A stretch of DNA of 64,000 nucleotides, taken from the NCBI GenBank assembly GCA_963829055.1, contig CAWHHI010000011.1, forward strand, positions 320,001 to 384,000, written 5' to 3'. This document shows, piece by piece, positions 28,674 through 39,907 of this stretch; position 1 is the first letter of the stretch; each line of letters starts with the position of its first letter. Both the position numbers and the translations under genes were made by a program. The notes under the pieces are model-generated. The model was not told the DNA's origin. It made no database searches and was given only the letters and a program-made list of their open reading frames with translations. Origin of the DNA: an uncultured Gemmatimonadaceae bacterium. Lineage in GTDB: Bacteria > Gemmatimonadota > Gemmatimonadetes > Gemmatimonadales > Gemmatimonadaceae.

Positions 28674-30086
28674 ATGGACCTCCGAATGAACACATATACC
28701 ACCTTCGTCTCGGGCTGGACCCGACGCACGAGCGCGTTCATCGCGCTCGCTGCGCTGTCTCTAGTCGGGTGCAAGTCGCCGGACGAATTTCTCTCGGTCA
28801 CCGACCCTGACATCATCAACCCCGCCGACGTGCAGTCCGCCGCTGGCGCGGACGCCGTGCGGCTGGGCGCTCTCGCCCGACTGAATAGCTCGACCAGCGG
28901 ACCGGTGACGTCGACCGGCGGCGAAAGCTTGTTCCTGCTCGGCGGCCTGTTCTCCGACGAGTACAACAACGGCGACTCGTTCATCGCGCGTCAGGAGGTC
29001 GATCAGCGCATCATCACGATCCAGAACAACTTCCTCACCGACGCGAATCGCGCGATGCATCGGGCGCGCCTGGCCGCGCAGCAGGCCATCGGACTCGAGA
29101 AGCAGTACAACCCCACGGCGCCCGCGGCGAACATCGCCGAGATGTACTTCGTTCAGGCGTACATCGAGACGATGATGGCCGAGCACTACTGCAATGGCCT
29201 GATCTTCAGCACGGTCGTCGACGGCGTCGAGAAGTACGGTCAGCCGATCACGACGCAGGAGGCGTTCGCAATCGCGCTCGCACACGCCGATTCTGGTCTC
29301 GCGCTCATCACCGGCACGACGGCGCAGGACGTCAAGATCAAAGGCGTGCTGCAGGTGACGAAGGGTCGTATCCTGATGAACCTCAACCGCTATGCGGACG
29401 CTGCCACAGCTGTCGCGGGGGTTGCGACGTCGCTGCAGTATCAGGAGCTCCACACGGCGACCACGAGCCAGCAGAATCAGATGTGGTCGTTCAACGTGAG
29501 CAACCGACGCTACAGCGTGAGCACGGGCGAGGGCACGAACGGTCTCAACTTCGCCACGGCTAACGATCCGCGACTGCCGGTTTGCCTCGGCGGCGATGCG
29601 GCATGCCGGGCGATCGGCGTGACGCTCGCGACTCGCGACGACCTAACGAGTCCGATCTACGTCCAGCGGCTGTGGACGACGAACGCGAGTCCGGTGACGA
29701 TCGTGAGTGGTATCGAGGCACGCATGATCGAAGCGGAAGCACAGCTCAAGGCGGGACAGCCCGCGGCGGCGCTCGCGACGCTCAACGCGGCTCGCGCGAC
29801 GGTGACGGGACTCACCCCACTCACCGATCCCGGAACCGACGCCGCTCGCGTCGACCAGATCTTCCGTGAGCGGGCGTTCTGGATGTTCTCCACCGGTCAC
29901 CGCACCGGTGACCTGCGGCGCCTCATCCGCCAGTACGGCCGTGCCGCGAACTCGGTCTTCCCGACGGGTGGCTGGCACAAGGGCGGGAACTACGGTGGCG
30001 ACGTCACGCTTCCGGTCCCGCAGGCGGAGCAGAACAACCCGAACCTGCCGTCGTCGGCAACGACCTGTATCGATCGGGTCGCCTAA
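28674..30086 (+). CDS. SusD/RagB-like lipoprotein
   Basis: Lipobox LVGC; EARMIEAEA, RERAFW..GHRTGDLRR, PVPQAEQNNPN; follows SusC. Confidence 0.85.
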   Translation: MDLRMNTYTTFVSGWTRRTSAFIALAALSLVGCKSPDEFLSVTDPDIINPADVQSAAGADAVRLGALARLNSSTSGPVTSTGGESLFLLGGLFSDEYNNGDSFIARQEVDQRIITIQNNFLTDANRAMHRARLAAQQAIGLEKQYNPTAPAANIAEMYFVQAYIETMMAEHYCNGLIFSTVVDGVEKYGQPITTQEAFAIALAHADSGLALITGTTAQDVKIKGVLQVTKGRILMNLNRYADAATAVAGVATSLQYQELHTATTSQQNQMWSFNVSNRRYSVSTGEGTNGLNFATANDPRLPVCLGGDAACRAIGVTLATRDDLTSPIYVQRLWTTNASPVTIVSGIEARMIEAEAQLKAGQPAAALATLNAARATVTGLTPLTDPGTDAARVDQIFRERAFWMFSTGHRTGDLRRLIRQYGRAANSVFPTGGWHKGGNYGGDVTLPVPQAEQNNPNLPSSATTCIDRVA

Positions 30087-30107
30087 CGTTCTGGTCGGTA
30101 AGGCTGC

Positions 30108-30150
30108 ATGCAAAACCGCCGGCGACACGAAGTCGCCGGCGGTTTTGCAT
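30108..30150. terminator. Bidirectional intrinsic terminator
   Basis: Perfect 19-bp inverted repeat ATGCAAAACCGCCGGCGAC-ACGAA-GTCGCCGGCGGTTTTGCAT between convergent genes. Confidence 0.85.
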
Positions 30151-30153
30151 TGG

Positions 30154-30308
30154 TGTCATCCCGAGCGCCAGCGTAATGTCATCCCGAGCGCCAGCGAGGG
30201 ATCTTCTGTGAAGTCACTCGTAGCCAGACCGGCTACGATGACGTCAGCGAGTCCCGAACTGCGGCGCTGCGCTCCTGAGCGCAGGCTCTGACGCTGCTCG
30301 GGATGACA
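30154..30308. repeat. REP/MITE-like element
   Basis: TGTCATCCCGAGCGCCAGCG twice (30154, 30177) and inverted end CTCGGGATGACA ending at 30308. Confidence 0.8.
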
Positions 30309-30349
30309 CGCGAGCTGCCCTTCTCTGTTCCCGGTTCCCCGTTCCCGCC

Positions 30350-31235
30350 TTACGGTGCCTCGTTCGGCTCTCCCGCCTGCGCAATGAGCGCTGGTAGCGC
30401 GCTCGACTCGACGCCGTGCTTCACCGACTCGAGCGATAGCGTGAGCGTGAACTTCGAGAACTTCGCCTTCACCTGCACCGGATACCTGCTCGCGTCGTCC
30501 GTGAACCACACCTGGGCCTGACCGTCGTCCGAGAAGATGCCGCTCGTGCGAATCGTCGGTCGGATAACCGTCGTCGCGAACGTGCCCGCACCGACCGTGA
30601 CCGTATCACGACGAAGACCCGTCAGTACCACCGGATTCTTGTCAGGCCGGAAGTAGCGGTTGTCGCTGCGCGTCTCACCGACGTTCACGCCCGCGGTGCG
30701 AACGGCGTAGATGAACGAGCCATCGTCCAACGGGTTCGTCACGCTCGCGTGCACCGAGTCGCCCTGCTTCTGGTACTCGGCGCGCTCGGGGTAGATCTCG
30801 TACGACGTCGTCGCTGTGATACCGGCCCTCCGAGATCTGCTGGCGATGACGCAGCGACGCGAGCGTCTCGACGTCGATCCAGCTCTCGTATCGGTCGTGC
30901 ACGCGGAACAACGGCACGCCGCCGTCCACGCTGAACACGACGTGATACGCCGGACGCCCGCGGACGACCTCGATGCCGTCCACGCGCATGCGTGCGGTGC
31001 CCGCATGAATTCCGCTGAACGTCGCGCGATACGTGAGCTCTTCACCCACGGCGTACGGAACGGACGCAACAGAAATGGTCTGGCCTGCAGCCTGAACGAC
31101 ACGCAGCTGCGGCTGCTGTGCGCCAGCGGCCGCTGATGCCGAGGCCACAACGCCTAACGCCATCACGACGAGGCCGGCGCTCGCGCGCGCCGCGTGTCCC
31201 AGTCGCTGATTGATTCGCTCGTAGATCCTTCGCAT
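30350..31235 (-). CDS. DUF3108-like secreted beta-sheet protein, frameshift near 30815
   Basis: PYAVGEELTY, FRVHDRYESWID, PLDDGSFIYAVR, VTVGAGTF, VWFTDD. Confidence 0.7.
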
Positions 31236-31384
31236 CGCCCCGCTCCGTCGAGCCGCTCCGTCTTCTCCACTGCGCCACGCGTCAGTACGCCGCGCGGTCG
31301 CCGTCCGGATTGTCGAACGGTTCGTCTGAGAAACGTGCATGACAGTGACTTTCATATCTGAAGTATTACCTTAAAACAAAAGCG

Positions 31385-31805
31385 CTACTTCAACGAGCTC
31401 AGCACCTTCGCAAGCGCCAGTCGCTCAGTCGGCCCCAACGATTCGGCGAACGCAGCCTCGACCTCAGCTACGACTGCCGCTCCAGCAGCCGCCTTTTCCT
31501 CACCCAACGGCGTCAGAATCGCCCGCTTGCTGCGCCTGTCCGATGGATCGTCAGTGCGCCGCACCAGGCCGTCAGCCTCGAGCCGGTCGATGAGTGTCGT
31601 CATGTTCGATGCGACACATCTCCTGCTCCTCTGCGAGCAGCCTCAGCGGTATCGGTTCCTGCGCGTTAGCCAGCTGCGACAGCACGTAATACTTGGCCGC
31701 CGAGAGTCCGACACCCTTCAATGCGTCCTCGAGCCGAGCGTACTGGGCGCGGCCTGCCTGGAGCAGCATGAAGAAAATCGGGTCCTTGTTATCTGGATTA
31801 TTCAC
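31385..31805 (-). CDS. MarR-family transcriptional regulator, frameshift near 31615
   Basis: GLSAAKYYVL..PLRLLAE joined to MTTLIDRLEADGLVRRTDDPSDRRS. Confidence 0.8.
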
Positions 31806-31851
31806 ATGTGCATTATCGCTCGCCGTTCGAATTGACGCAAGCCCCGGCCGT

Positions 31852-32034
31852 TGTCATTCCGAGCGGAGCCGCGAAGCCGTGTCATTCCGAGCGGAGCGCC
31901 GCGAGGCGCGGAGTCGAGGAATCCCTGGTGTCCGCGGTAGAGGGCGTCGCTACCCTGCAAGCCAAGGACCCTCATGCGATCGCCTTCGGCGACTCGCTTC
32001 GCTCGCTCGGAATGACAAGCCGCTCGGAATGACA
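31852..32034. repeat. REP/MITE-like element with doubled ends
   Basis: TGTCATTCCGAGCGGAGC at 31852 and 31880; CGCTCGGAATGACA ending at 32017 and 32034. Confidence 0.85.
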
Positions 32035-32044
32035 GCACGGCCTG

Positions 32045-32976
32045 TCAGTCTCGGCTCACCGTCCGCGCAGGCCGCTCGTTCACCGTGAGCTGAAAGACGT
32101 CGGGCCGGGCGTAGTGGCCGACGACGTCGAGGTCGAGCTTGCCGCGGACGATGTCGTCGAGGTCGATGTCGGCCGTGAGGATGGCTTCCTCGTCGTAGAC
32201 AGGACCAGCGATCAGCGCGCCTAACGGGTTCACGATGCAGCTGCCGCCGGCGTCACGATCGCGCCCGGATCGCTCGGTGAGCTCGCCGGGATAGTCGGTC
32301 GGATAGTCACTGCGTCGAGCGAACTGGTTGCTGCTCAGCACGAAACAGCGCCCTTCGACGCGCGATGTGCTGCATGCTCGCCACCCAACTCGCGCGGCTG
32401 TCGGCCGTCGGCGCGAGATAGAGTTGCACGCCCTTGGCGTACAACGCCGTGCGGTAGAGCGGCATGTAATTCTCCCAGCAGATCGCCGCGCCGATCCTCC
32501 CGACGTCCGTATCGAACACGGGCATGGTGCTGCCGTCGCCCTGCCCCCAGACGAGCCGCTCGCTCGCGGTCGGCATCGAGCTTGCGATGTTTCCCGAGGT
32601 AGTCGCCGTTAGGCGCGAAGAAGAGCACCGTGCAGTAGAGTGTCCCGCCCTCCCGTTCGATGACGCCGATGACGAGGTGTGTCTCGCTCTCGCGGGCAAT
32701 GTCCGCGAGTACGTCGACCGTGGGGCCAGGGACGTCCACGCTCGACTCCCAGTACCGGCGGTACCACTCGCGTCCTTCGGCCGTGCGATTCCCGATGACG
32801 GCGCCGAACGTCATGCCGCGCGGATACGCGCTGACGAACGCTTCCGGGAACACGACAAGCCTGGCGCCCTTCCCCGCGGCATCGTGCGTGAGTGATCGCA
32901 CCTTGGAGAGCGTGCACTCGCGATCGAAAGCGACGGGCGCTGCCTGCACGACAGCGACGCGGACGGTAGTCGTCAT
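32045..32976 (-). CDS. Nitrilase (carbon-nitrogen hydrolase), frameshifts near 32577 and 32360
   Basis: Catalytic triad motifs [19 protein letters not shown]-terminal [11 protein letters not shown]. Confidence 0.88.
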
Positions 32977-33054
32977 TGACGGGTCTCGATGAGCAAGTCG
33001 GCTTCGCGACGGGCACTGGGGCGGGGTGCGGTACAAGAAAACCCGATCATCGCT

Positions 33055-33513
33055 TCACCTGACGAGTTGCACGACGGTCGATCCGACGCGGTCCCGCAGG
33101 CTCGCGGAGTACTCGGTCTGCTCTCTTCGCTTCACGCTGTCCGGTTGCAGGCGAACGCCGGCAGCCGTGAGTGCATCGCCAAGCGCGCGGAGCTGCGTCG
33201 AGTCGCGTAGCATGAAAACGCGCATGTGCGTCCACGGCACGGTCGTGTCGGACGCCATATAGGTCGTCACCGACAGGAATGCGCCGGCGCGTCGAGCCTC
33301 GTTATCGATGGGCTCCGCGTGCTCGCGGATGTAGCGCGTGTACTCCTCGAGCTTTCCGGGCTTTGCGCGCCAGAAGTAGATCTGCGCCAGCGTGGTCGTG
33401 CTATCCGCGCGGTCCGCGACGACGGCAGGGTTGTACGCTTGCGGGCCGCCCGCCGTCGCGCAACCGAGCAACACAGACGCCAGCAGGAACGCCGTGCGGC
33501 GTGGGCAAACCAT
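33055..33513 (-). CDS. Hypothetical lipoprotein, possibly NIPSNAP/ABM-like fold
   Basis: Lipobox LLGC; GGAGGA RBS; WRAKPGKLEEY motif. Confidence 0.6.
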   Translation of the reverse strand: MVCPRRTAFLLASVLLGCATAGGPQAYNPAVVADRADSTTTLAQIYFWRAKPGKLEEYTRYIREHAEPIDNEARRAGAFLSVTTYMASDTTVPWTHMRVFMLRDSTQLRALGDALTAAGVRLQPDSVKRREQTEYSASLRDRVGSTVVQLVR

Positions 33514-33773
33514 GGATTCCTCCGAGATCGTGGTCGACCCGACGAGAATGCCGGCGACCGCGACCGAGCGCCAGACCCTCCGCGTACCGATCGCGACCCG
33601 GACTGAGAGGTTTACCGCAGCTGCCTAACGGCCACCACAATGGGCGCGACGGGGTAGCACCGTGATGAACCTGTGACGTCCTGCCGTGACTTCGCACGTC
33701 ACTGCCGCCCGACTCGTGGGCAGCGCGGATGACGGAACTCGTGGGTCTGGGCGGGTCCGCTAGGCCACGCGTC

Positions 33774-34751
33774 TCATCGAGCAACGGCTGAACGAAGCGT
33801 GGCGGTCGAGGCATGGAGTGCCGCCTGAGTCGTAGCGGCAAGCATGCGGTATGCGCACGTAGGCCGTAATTCGCCTCTCCCCAATGCAGTACGTTGCGTC
33901 ATTGCCAGCACAGCGGTGCTGGCGGAGGACAACTCGCTCCCTCCGATCGACGTACAGGACGGCACCTTGCTTGGCAGCTTCACATCGGAAATGAACGCGC
34001 TCTGCTCGAGGAGGGCGCGATCGGCCGTCGTTAGGTATGTGTTGGGGTACGTCGTGTAGCCGAACCACATGAGCGCGTACGTGGGGCAGTCGGGTGACCC
34101 CGCCTCGCACGCCGCTGGATGTGGAAGTCCGAGCGCATGGCCAAGCTCATGTCCGAGCCCGCCCACCCATCGGCAGGGTCCCTGATACGCCTCCACCGCG
34201 CCCGTGCAGGTGTTGATCGTCGGCTCGCCTGCGAGGCCGCGAAGGTCGTTGGCGGGAAGCAGAGCGACGCTCGCTGCACCGCCCGTCGCCTGCCCGCATG
34301 CCGGCGCGGCGTCGATGTAGAAGATCCATATGTCGTCCGGGTCGTAAAAGCTCCCACCAGTCAACGCGAAGCCGTCGGCTGTTGCATTGAACCAAAACCA
34401 GAGCGACTGGTCCGTGCCCACCACTGGAGTCGTCGCGTACCAGCTCGCCTCGTGCTCTGTTTGATAAACTGCGACGGTGGGGCTCGCCAAGGTGAACGTC
34501 TCGCCAGTTCCTAGCGCCGTGCTGTACCACGCCTGGAGGTTCACGGCGGCATCGCGAAGGTTTTGAACATAGTCGCCCTGCACCCGGACGCCGGCCGGGA
34601 CCAGGTAGACGATATGTACCTTGGGCGTACTCGTGCGAGTCTTCTCTCCGACCGGCCGCAATGCAGTACTGGAGGTCGTCGGTCCTGTAGCTTGGTCGGA
34701 ACACCCGAAGAGGGCGACGGCGAGCGCGGCACCACAAGCGGACTTGCGCAT
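33774..34751 (-). CDS. Metzincin-type zinc metalloprotease lipoprotein
   Basis: Lipobox LFGC; HELGHALGLPH (HExxHxxGxxH) and Met-turn ALMW. Confidence 0.75.
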   Translation of the reverse strand: MRKSACGAALAVALFGCSDQATGPTTSSTALRPVGEKTRTSTPKVHIVYLVPAGVRVQGDYVQNLRDAAVNLQAWYSTALGTGETFTLASPTVAVYQTEHEASWYATTPVVGTDQSLWFWFNATADGFALTGGSFYDPDDIWIFYIDAAPACGQATGGAASVALLPANDLRGLAGEPTINTCTGAVEAYQGPCRWVGGLGHELGHALGLPHPAACEAGSPDCPTYALMWFGYTTYPNTYLTTADRALLEQSAFISDVKLPSKVPSCTSIGGSELSSASTAVLAMTQRTALGRGELRPTCAYRMLAATTQAALHASTATLRSAVAR

Positions 34752-35031
34752 ACGGAGCTCACGATTAGGGGCCGCTAATATAAAATGCCGACCCGATACG
34801 ACAAGAGCTAGGCGAACGCCAGTACTCGTTAGGGTATGAAGACGTGCTCCCGCGTTCCCAACGACGAGCGCTTCCAGGCATTGCCGACGCTCGGTTGGCT
34901 CGCCGTCCAAGATTCTGTTCACTTACAATTCGATGCAACGATCGGGTAGGCGAGCCCGTGCGCGCACGCGTCGTCCCGACGACGCGGATTCATCCGACGT
35001 CGATGCCCGAGCGAGTTACGAAGGTGGAGCT

Positions 35032-37813
35032 ATGAAGAAGCGAACGAGAATCATTGCCATCATCGGGACGGTACTCATCGTCCCGCTCGTTGCCCTCGCC
35101 ATTCTGCCGTTCGTCTTCCGCGACCGGATCATCGCGCGCGTGAAGGCCGAGGCGAATTCAGCGATCGAAGCGCGCGTGAATTGGCGGGACGCAGGGCCTG
35201 TCCATCTTCCGTGACTTCCCGAATCTGACGCTGCGACTCGACGATCTCAGCGTCGCGGGAACGCGGCGTTTCGCCGGAGACACGCTCGCCAAAGTGGGGC
35301 GGCTTCAAGTAGTCCTCGATCTCGGCAGCGTGCTGCGGAACGCCCGAGGTGGCGGGCCGATCGTCGTGCGCTCCATCGCGCTCGAACGACCGGTGCTCGC
35401 GCTCCGGGTGCTCGAGGATGGCACCGCGAACTGGGACATTACGAAACCGACGACCGGTGAACAGAAAGCCTCTCGTCCGCTCGCGGTCACCCTCCGCAGC
35501 CTCGACATCAGCAACGCAACGGTCTCGCTAAGCGATCAGAAGGCAGAGCTGTTCGCGACGGTGAACGGCTACCGCCAATCACTCTCCGGCGACTTCGCGA
35601 AGGATCTGTTCACCATCGTGACGCGTGCGCACGCCGATTCGGTGTCGCTCCGCTTCGCCGGGATCCCATACCTCAACCGTGTCGCCCTCGATGTGACCGC
35701 GGACGTCGCTGCGGATATGCGGACGAAGAAGTTCACGTTTGGGAAGAACGAGGTTCGACTCAACGACCTGCGGCTCGGCTTCTCGGGTTCCACGGTTCTC
35801 GCCGATGACCGCACCACGCTGGACATGGCGTTCAGCGCACCAAGCACGAACTTCCGCAGCATTCTGTCGCTGGTGCCGGCGATCTACCTGCACGATTTCC
35901 AGACAATAAAGACGTCCGGCGCCGTCGCGGTCTCCGGTAACATTAAGGGTGACTACGGGAAGCAGGCGTTCCCCTCGTTCGCGGTGAACGCGAAGGTCAC
36001 GAACGGTGCGTTCCAGTATCCCGACCTTCCGCTCCCGGCGCGCGACATCGCCCTCGAGCTCGCGATCCGAAATCCCGGCGGCAACGTGGACAGCACGCTG
36101 GTGCAGCTCGACCGCTTCCACGCGAGGATCGGGAGCCAGCCCATCGATGGCGCGCTCGTGCTCAGGACGCCAGTCTCCGATCCGGATGTCGATCTCCGCC
36201 TAACGGGGAAGCTCGACCTCGCAGACGTGCGCAAGACAGTGAAGCTCACCGGCGTCGACGAGCTCACCGGACAGATCGGCGCCGACGTCGCCGTGCGAAC
36301 CCGCATGTCGTACGTCGACCGCAAGCAGTATGACCGGATCGCGGCGCGCGGCACCATTGACGTTCGCAATCTCGCGCTCAAGAGTGCGGACCTGCCGCAT
36401 CCGCTTGCCATCACGCAGGCGTCACTCCAGCTCACTCCACAGCGCGCGGAGCTCAAGTCATTCGCCGGCACGATCGGCAGCAGCGACATGCGGCTGTCCG
36501 GCTATCTCGAGAACCTGCTCCCGTTCGCGCTGCGCGGCGACCCGCTGCGCGGCAGCGCCACGTTCGCCAGTCAACACTTCGACCTCAACGAATGGCAGTC
36601 GGACGACAGCCTGAAGGTCATCGAGGTGCCGGCGAACATCGACTTCGCGCTTCAGGCGACGGTCGCGGAGCTGTTGTACGGCAAGCTCACAATGACGAAC
36701 GCGCGCGGCGGGCTCCGCGTGAAGGACCAGCGGGCCACGCTGGAGAATTTCTCGATGAACACGCTCGGCGGACAGATCGGCGTGAGCGGCTTCTATGAGA
36801 CCACCGATGTGACGAAGCCGAAGTTCGATGTCGACCTCGCGATGAAGGAGGTAGACATTCCGACCGCGGCGGCGAGCCTGACGACTGTCCAGTTGTTGGC
36901 GCCAGTAGCTCGCTTCGCACGCGGCAACGTCTCGACCGATCTCAAACTGAGCGGCTTGCTCGGCAAGGACATGCTGCCGCTGTTCAACGTGCTGGATGGC
37001 CGGGGCTCGCTCCGAACATCCGAGCTGATGATTCAAGGGCTGCCGATTCTGATCAAAGTGGCCGACGCGCTCAAAATCGAACGACTGCGAAGCCCGACGC
37101 TCGATGCCGTGCGAGCCTCCATACGGATCCAGAACGGTCGGCTGAACGTGAATCCGTTCGACGTGAAGATCGGCCAGTCCTCGATGCGAGTAGAAGGGTC
37201 GAACGGCATCGATCAGTCGCTCGACTACACCCTGCACCTTCGCGTTCCCCGGTCCGAGCTTGGAGCGGACGCGAACCGAGTCGTCGCGGGCCTCATCTCG
37301 CGGGCGGGCAAGACCGGGCTGGATCTACAGGCGGCCGAAGTCGTCAATCTCGACGTCAAGGTCGGCGGTACCCTAACGAGTCCCACGATCCAGACGAACC
37401 TCGGTGACGTCGTGGCATCGGCCGGCGAGAGCGTAAAGCAGGCGGCGCAGAAGGAGATCGCCGAGCGGGTGGATTCCCTGAAGCAGCGCGCCGACTCGGC
37501 TACGGACGAGGCGCGAAAGAAAGCGCAGGCGGAGGCCGAACGTCTGATCGCCGACGCAGAGCAGCAGGCCGCGCAAATCCGCGCCGAGGCGCAACGTGTT
37601 GCAGACGGCGTTAGGCGCGAGGCGGCCGCGAGGGCGGACACGCTCGTCGCGCGAACAACGAACCCGCTCGCGCAAGCCGCTGCCCGTGTCGCGGCCACCC
37701 GAATGAAGAAGGAAGCCAACGATAGGGCGGACGGGATCCTCCGAGAGGCCGACAAGAAGGCCGCCGACCTCGTCGCCGAGGCGAGGAGGAAGGCGGCCAG
37801 CATCAGCGGGTAG
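35032..37813 (+). CDS. AsmA-family bridge-like lipid transport protein, frameshift near 35200
   Basis: N-terminal TM anchor; DGTANWDI; long beta-rich body; C-terminal helical A/E/K/R repeats. Confidence 0.8.
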
Positions 37814-37851
37814 ACGTCGCGTTCGTTCTCGCGTTAGGCCGATGCGAAACG

Positions 37852-38289
37852 CTACGTCGCGCTCGCGCAGTTGAACATCCACCGGATCCCGAACTTGTCG
37901 ACGAGGATACCGAAGTACGCGCCCCAGAACATCGCCTGGAGGGGCATGTCGACCTTCCCACCCTTGGCGAGCGCGGCGAACAGCGTATCCGTCTCCGCGC
38001 GCGTGTCCGGCTCGAGGTTGATCGTGACCGTGTTCCCCTCTGTCAGCGTGAAGCCCATCGACTCGGGGGCATCGGTGCCCATCAGCACGTGGCCGGCCAG
38101 GATCGGCAGCTCGATGTGCATCACGAGGTTCTTATCTGATTCCGCCAGCGGCGGCTGACCAGGTTGCGCCGGGATGTCGCCGAACCGCATGATCGGGCCG
38201 CCGAACTCGGTGCCGAACACCGAGCGGTAGAAATTGAATGCGTCCTCGGTGGAGCGTGCGAAGTTGAGGTAGGTGCTGACGCGGGCCAT
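37852..38289 (-). CDS. VOC/PhnB-family protein
   Basis: TYLNF..AFNFYRSVFG, VMHIEL, MFWGAYFGILVDKFGIRWM. Confidence 0.88.
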   Translation of the reverse strand: MARVSTYLNFARSTEDAFNFYRSVFGTEFGGPIMRFGDIPAQPGQPPLAESDKNLVMHIELPILAGHVLMGTDAPESMGFTLTEGNTVTINLEPDTRAETDTLFAALAKGGKVDMPLQAMFWGAYFGILVDKFGIRWMFNCASAT

Positions 38290-38392
38290 GTGTGCCTCGA
38301 TGTATGTCGGTTTTGCCGGGAAGCTCCCGGGCGCAGTCGCGTGTCTTCACAGACGTCGAGTGAGCCGGCGTACAATCGACATGCACGCAGCA

Positions 38393-38854
38393 CTATGGCT
38401 CGTCGCCGCTCGGCCCGTAAATCTGGGGAACGGTCGATCCCATTGGCCGCAGGTACGTCGAGATCTGGCCGCGGTGATGAACGATGTCGAACAGGAAGCT
38501 CCACGCCATCTGTGAGGCAGACCGCTGGTGGCCGAAGAACTCGAGCGTGCCGTCCCATCGCTCGACGGGGAGTGCGTTCCAGCGCTCCGTCATTCCGGCG
38601 CTCTGCGTCTCGTAGGCACTGACGATTTCCTTCATCGTCGCCGGCACTGGCGGCGGGTCCCACGCAGCCTTCCCGGTCTCGAGCGCCTCGATGATCATCT
38701 TCTCCTCGCAGAAGATCTGCCACGCGATGTCGCGCGCCGTGCGCGACTTCGGGTCGGGGCGGTAGTCCGAGCCCTCCGGAATTCTCGCGAGCACCTTGCG
38801 GGTCGTGAGCGCCTCGTCCGTCCAGAACTTCGTGAAGAGTGATTTCTCGTCCAC
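38393..38854 (-). CDS. DinB-family protein
   Basis: YRPDPKSRT, HHRGQISTYLR..VPQIYGPS. Confidence 0.85.
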   Translation of the reverse strand: MDEKSLFTKFWTDEALTTRKVLARIPEGSDYRPDPKSRTARDIAWQIFCEEKMIIEALETGKAAWDPPPVPATMKEIVSAYETQSAGMTERWNALPVERWDGTLEFFGHQRSASQMAWSFLFDIVHHRGQISTYLRPMGSTVPQIYGPSGDEP

Positions 38855-38908
38855 GGGTTCTCCTCTCGAGAAGGTTGGATGCGGAACATACTCTGCCCGC
38901 GCCGAGCC

Positions 38909-39838
38909 TCACCCCAATGCCAGCGACTGGTGCGCGGAGATCCCGGCCGTCACTCCGTCCGCGGACGCCCACGTCGCGTTGTGCGGTACACGCGCGGCGT
39001 CTCCGGCGGCATACACGCCAGGTACCGTTGTCAACTTCATCGCGTCCGTGCGGATCACTGGACCGAACGGACCGTCGTCGAACTCACAGCCGAGCTGCTC
39101 GGCAAGCGGACTCGCCATGCGCGTTCGCGAGGCGGTGAAGAGCGCGTCCAGGCCAACGAGCTGATCGCCGTCCGCGCCAGTCACACGGACGCCGGCGAGC
39201 GTTAGGCCATCTCCCATGACAGCGGTAACCGGCCGCGCGTCGATGCGTACACCGCGAGCCGCGAGCGCATCCAGTTGCGCCGCGTCGAGGTCGAAGGTGC
39301 CACCCGTAAACAACGTGACGTCCGCGCTCCAGTCAGGGAGCAACAGGGCCTGACGGATGCTGTGCTCCGATACGGCGAGCACACCGAGCCGTCCATCGGA
39401 CACCTCGTAGCCATGGCAGTACGGGCAATGGAGGACGCTCCTCCCCCAACGCTCACGAAGCCCCGGGATGTCGGGCAGGTCATCGATAATGCCAGTCGCG
39501 AGCACGAGCCGCTTCGCGCGCGCGGTCCTGCCCGATGCAAGCGCGACGTCGAACAGGGCGTTAGGCGTCGCCGCAATCGCCGACGCCTGCATGGCTTCGT
39601 CGGCTCGAAACTCGACCGTCGGGTAGGCGAGGACCTGCGCACGGGCGGTTTCCAGGATCTCCGCCGGCGTGCGCCCATCCTGTCCGAGAAAGCCATGGGA
39701 CGCATGCGCGAACCGGTTGCGCGGCAACCCGGCGTCGACGACGAGGACCCGCCGGCGCGCCCGGCCCAACTGCATCGCGGCCGAGAGTCCGGCGAAGCTC
39801 CCACCGACTACAACGGCTTCGTATGTGTCACTCGGCAT
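38909..39838 (-). CDS. TrxB-like NAD(P)/FAD-dependent oxidoreductase
   Basis: VVGGSFAGLSAA, LATG, HCPYCHGYE, TTVPGVYAAGD. Confidence 0.9.
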   Translation of the reverse strand: MPSDTYEAVVVGGSFAGLSAAMQLGRARRRVLVVDAGLPRNRFAHASHGFLGQDGRTPAEILETARAQVLAYPTVEFRADEAMQASAIAATPNALFDVALASGRTARAKRLVLATGIIDDLPDIPGLRERWGRSVLHCPYCHGYEVSDGRLGVLAVSEHSIRQALLLPDWSADVTLFTGGTFDLDAAQLDALAARGVRIDARPVTAVMGDGLTLAGVRVTGADGDQLVGLDALFTASRTRMASPLAEQLGCEFDDGPFGPVIRTDAMKLTTVPGVYAAGDAARVPHNATWASADGVTAGISAHQSLALG

Positions 39839-39907
39839 ATGAAGGGTTTGGCGAGGCTTTTTCGATCTCCATGATGGTCGCTCTCACACCGCTCACCCAC
39901 GCATCCA

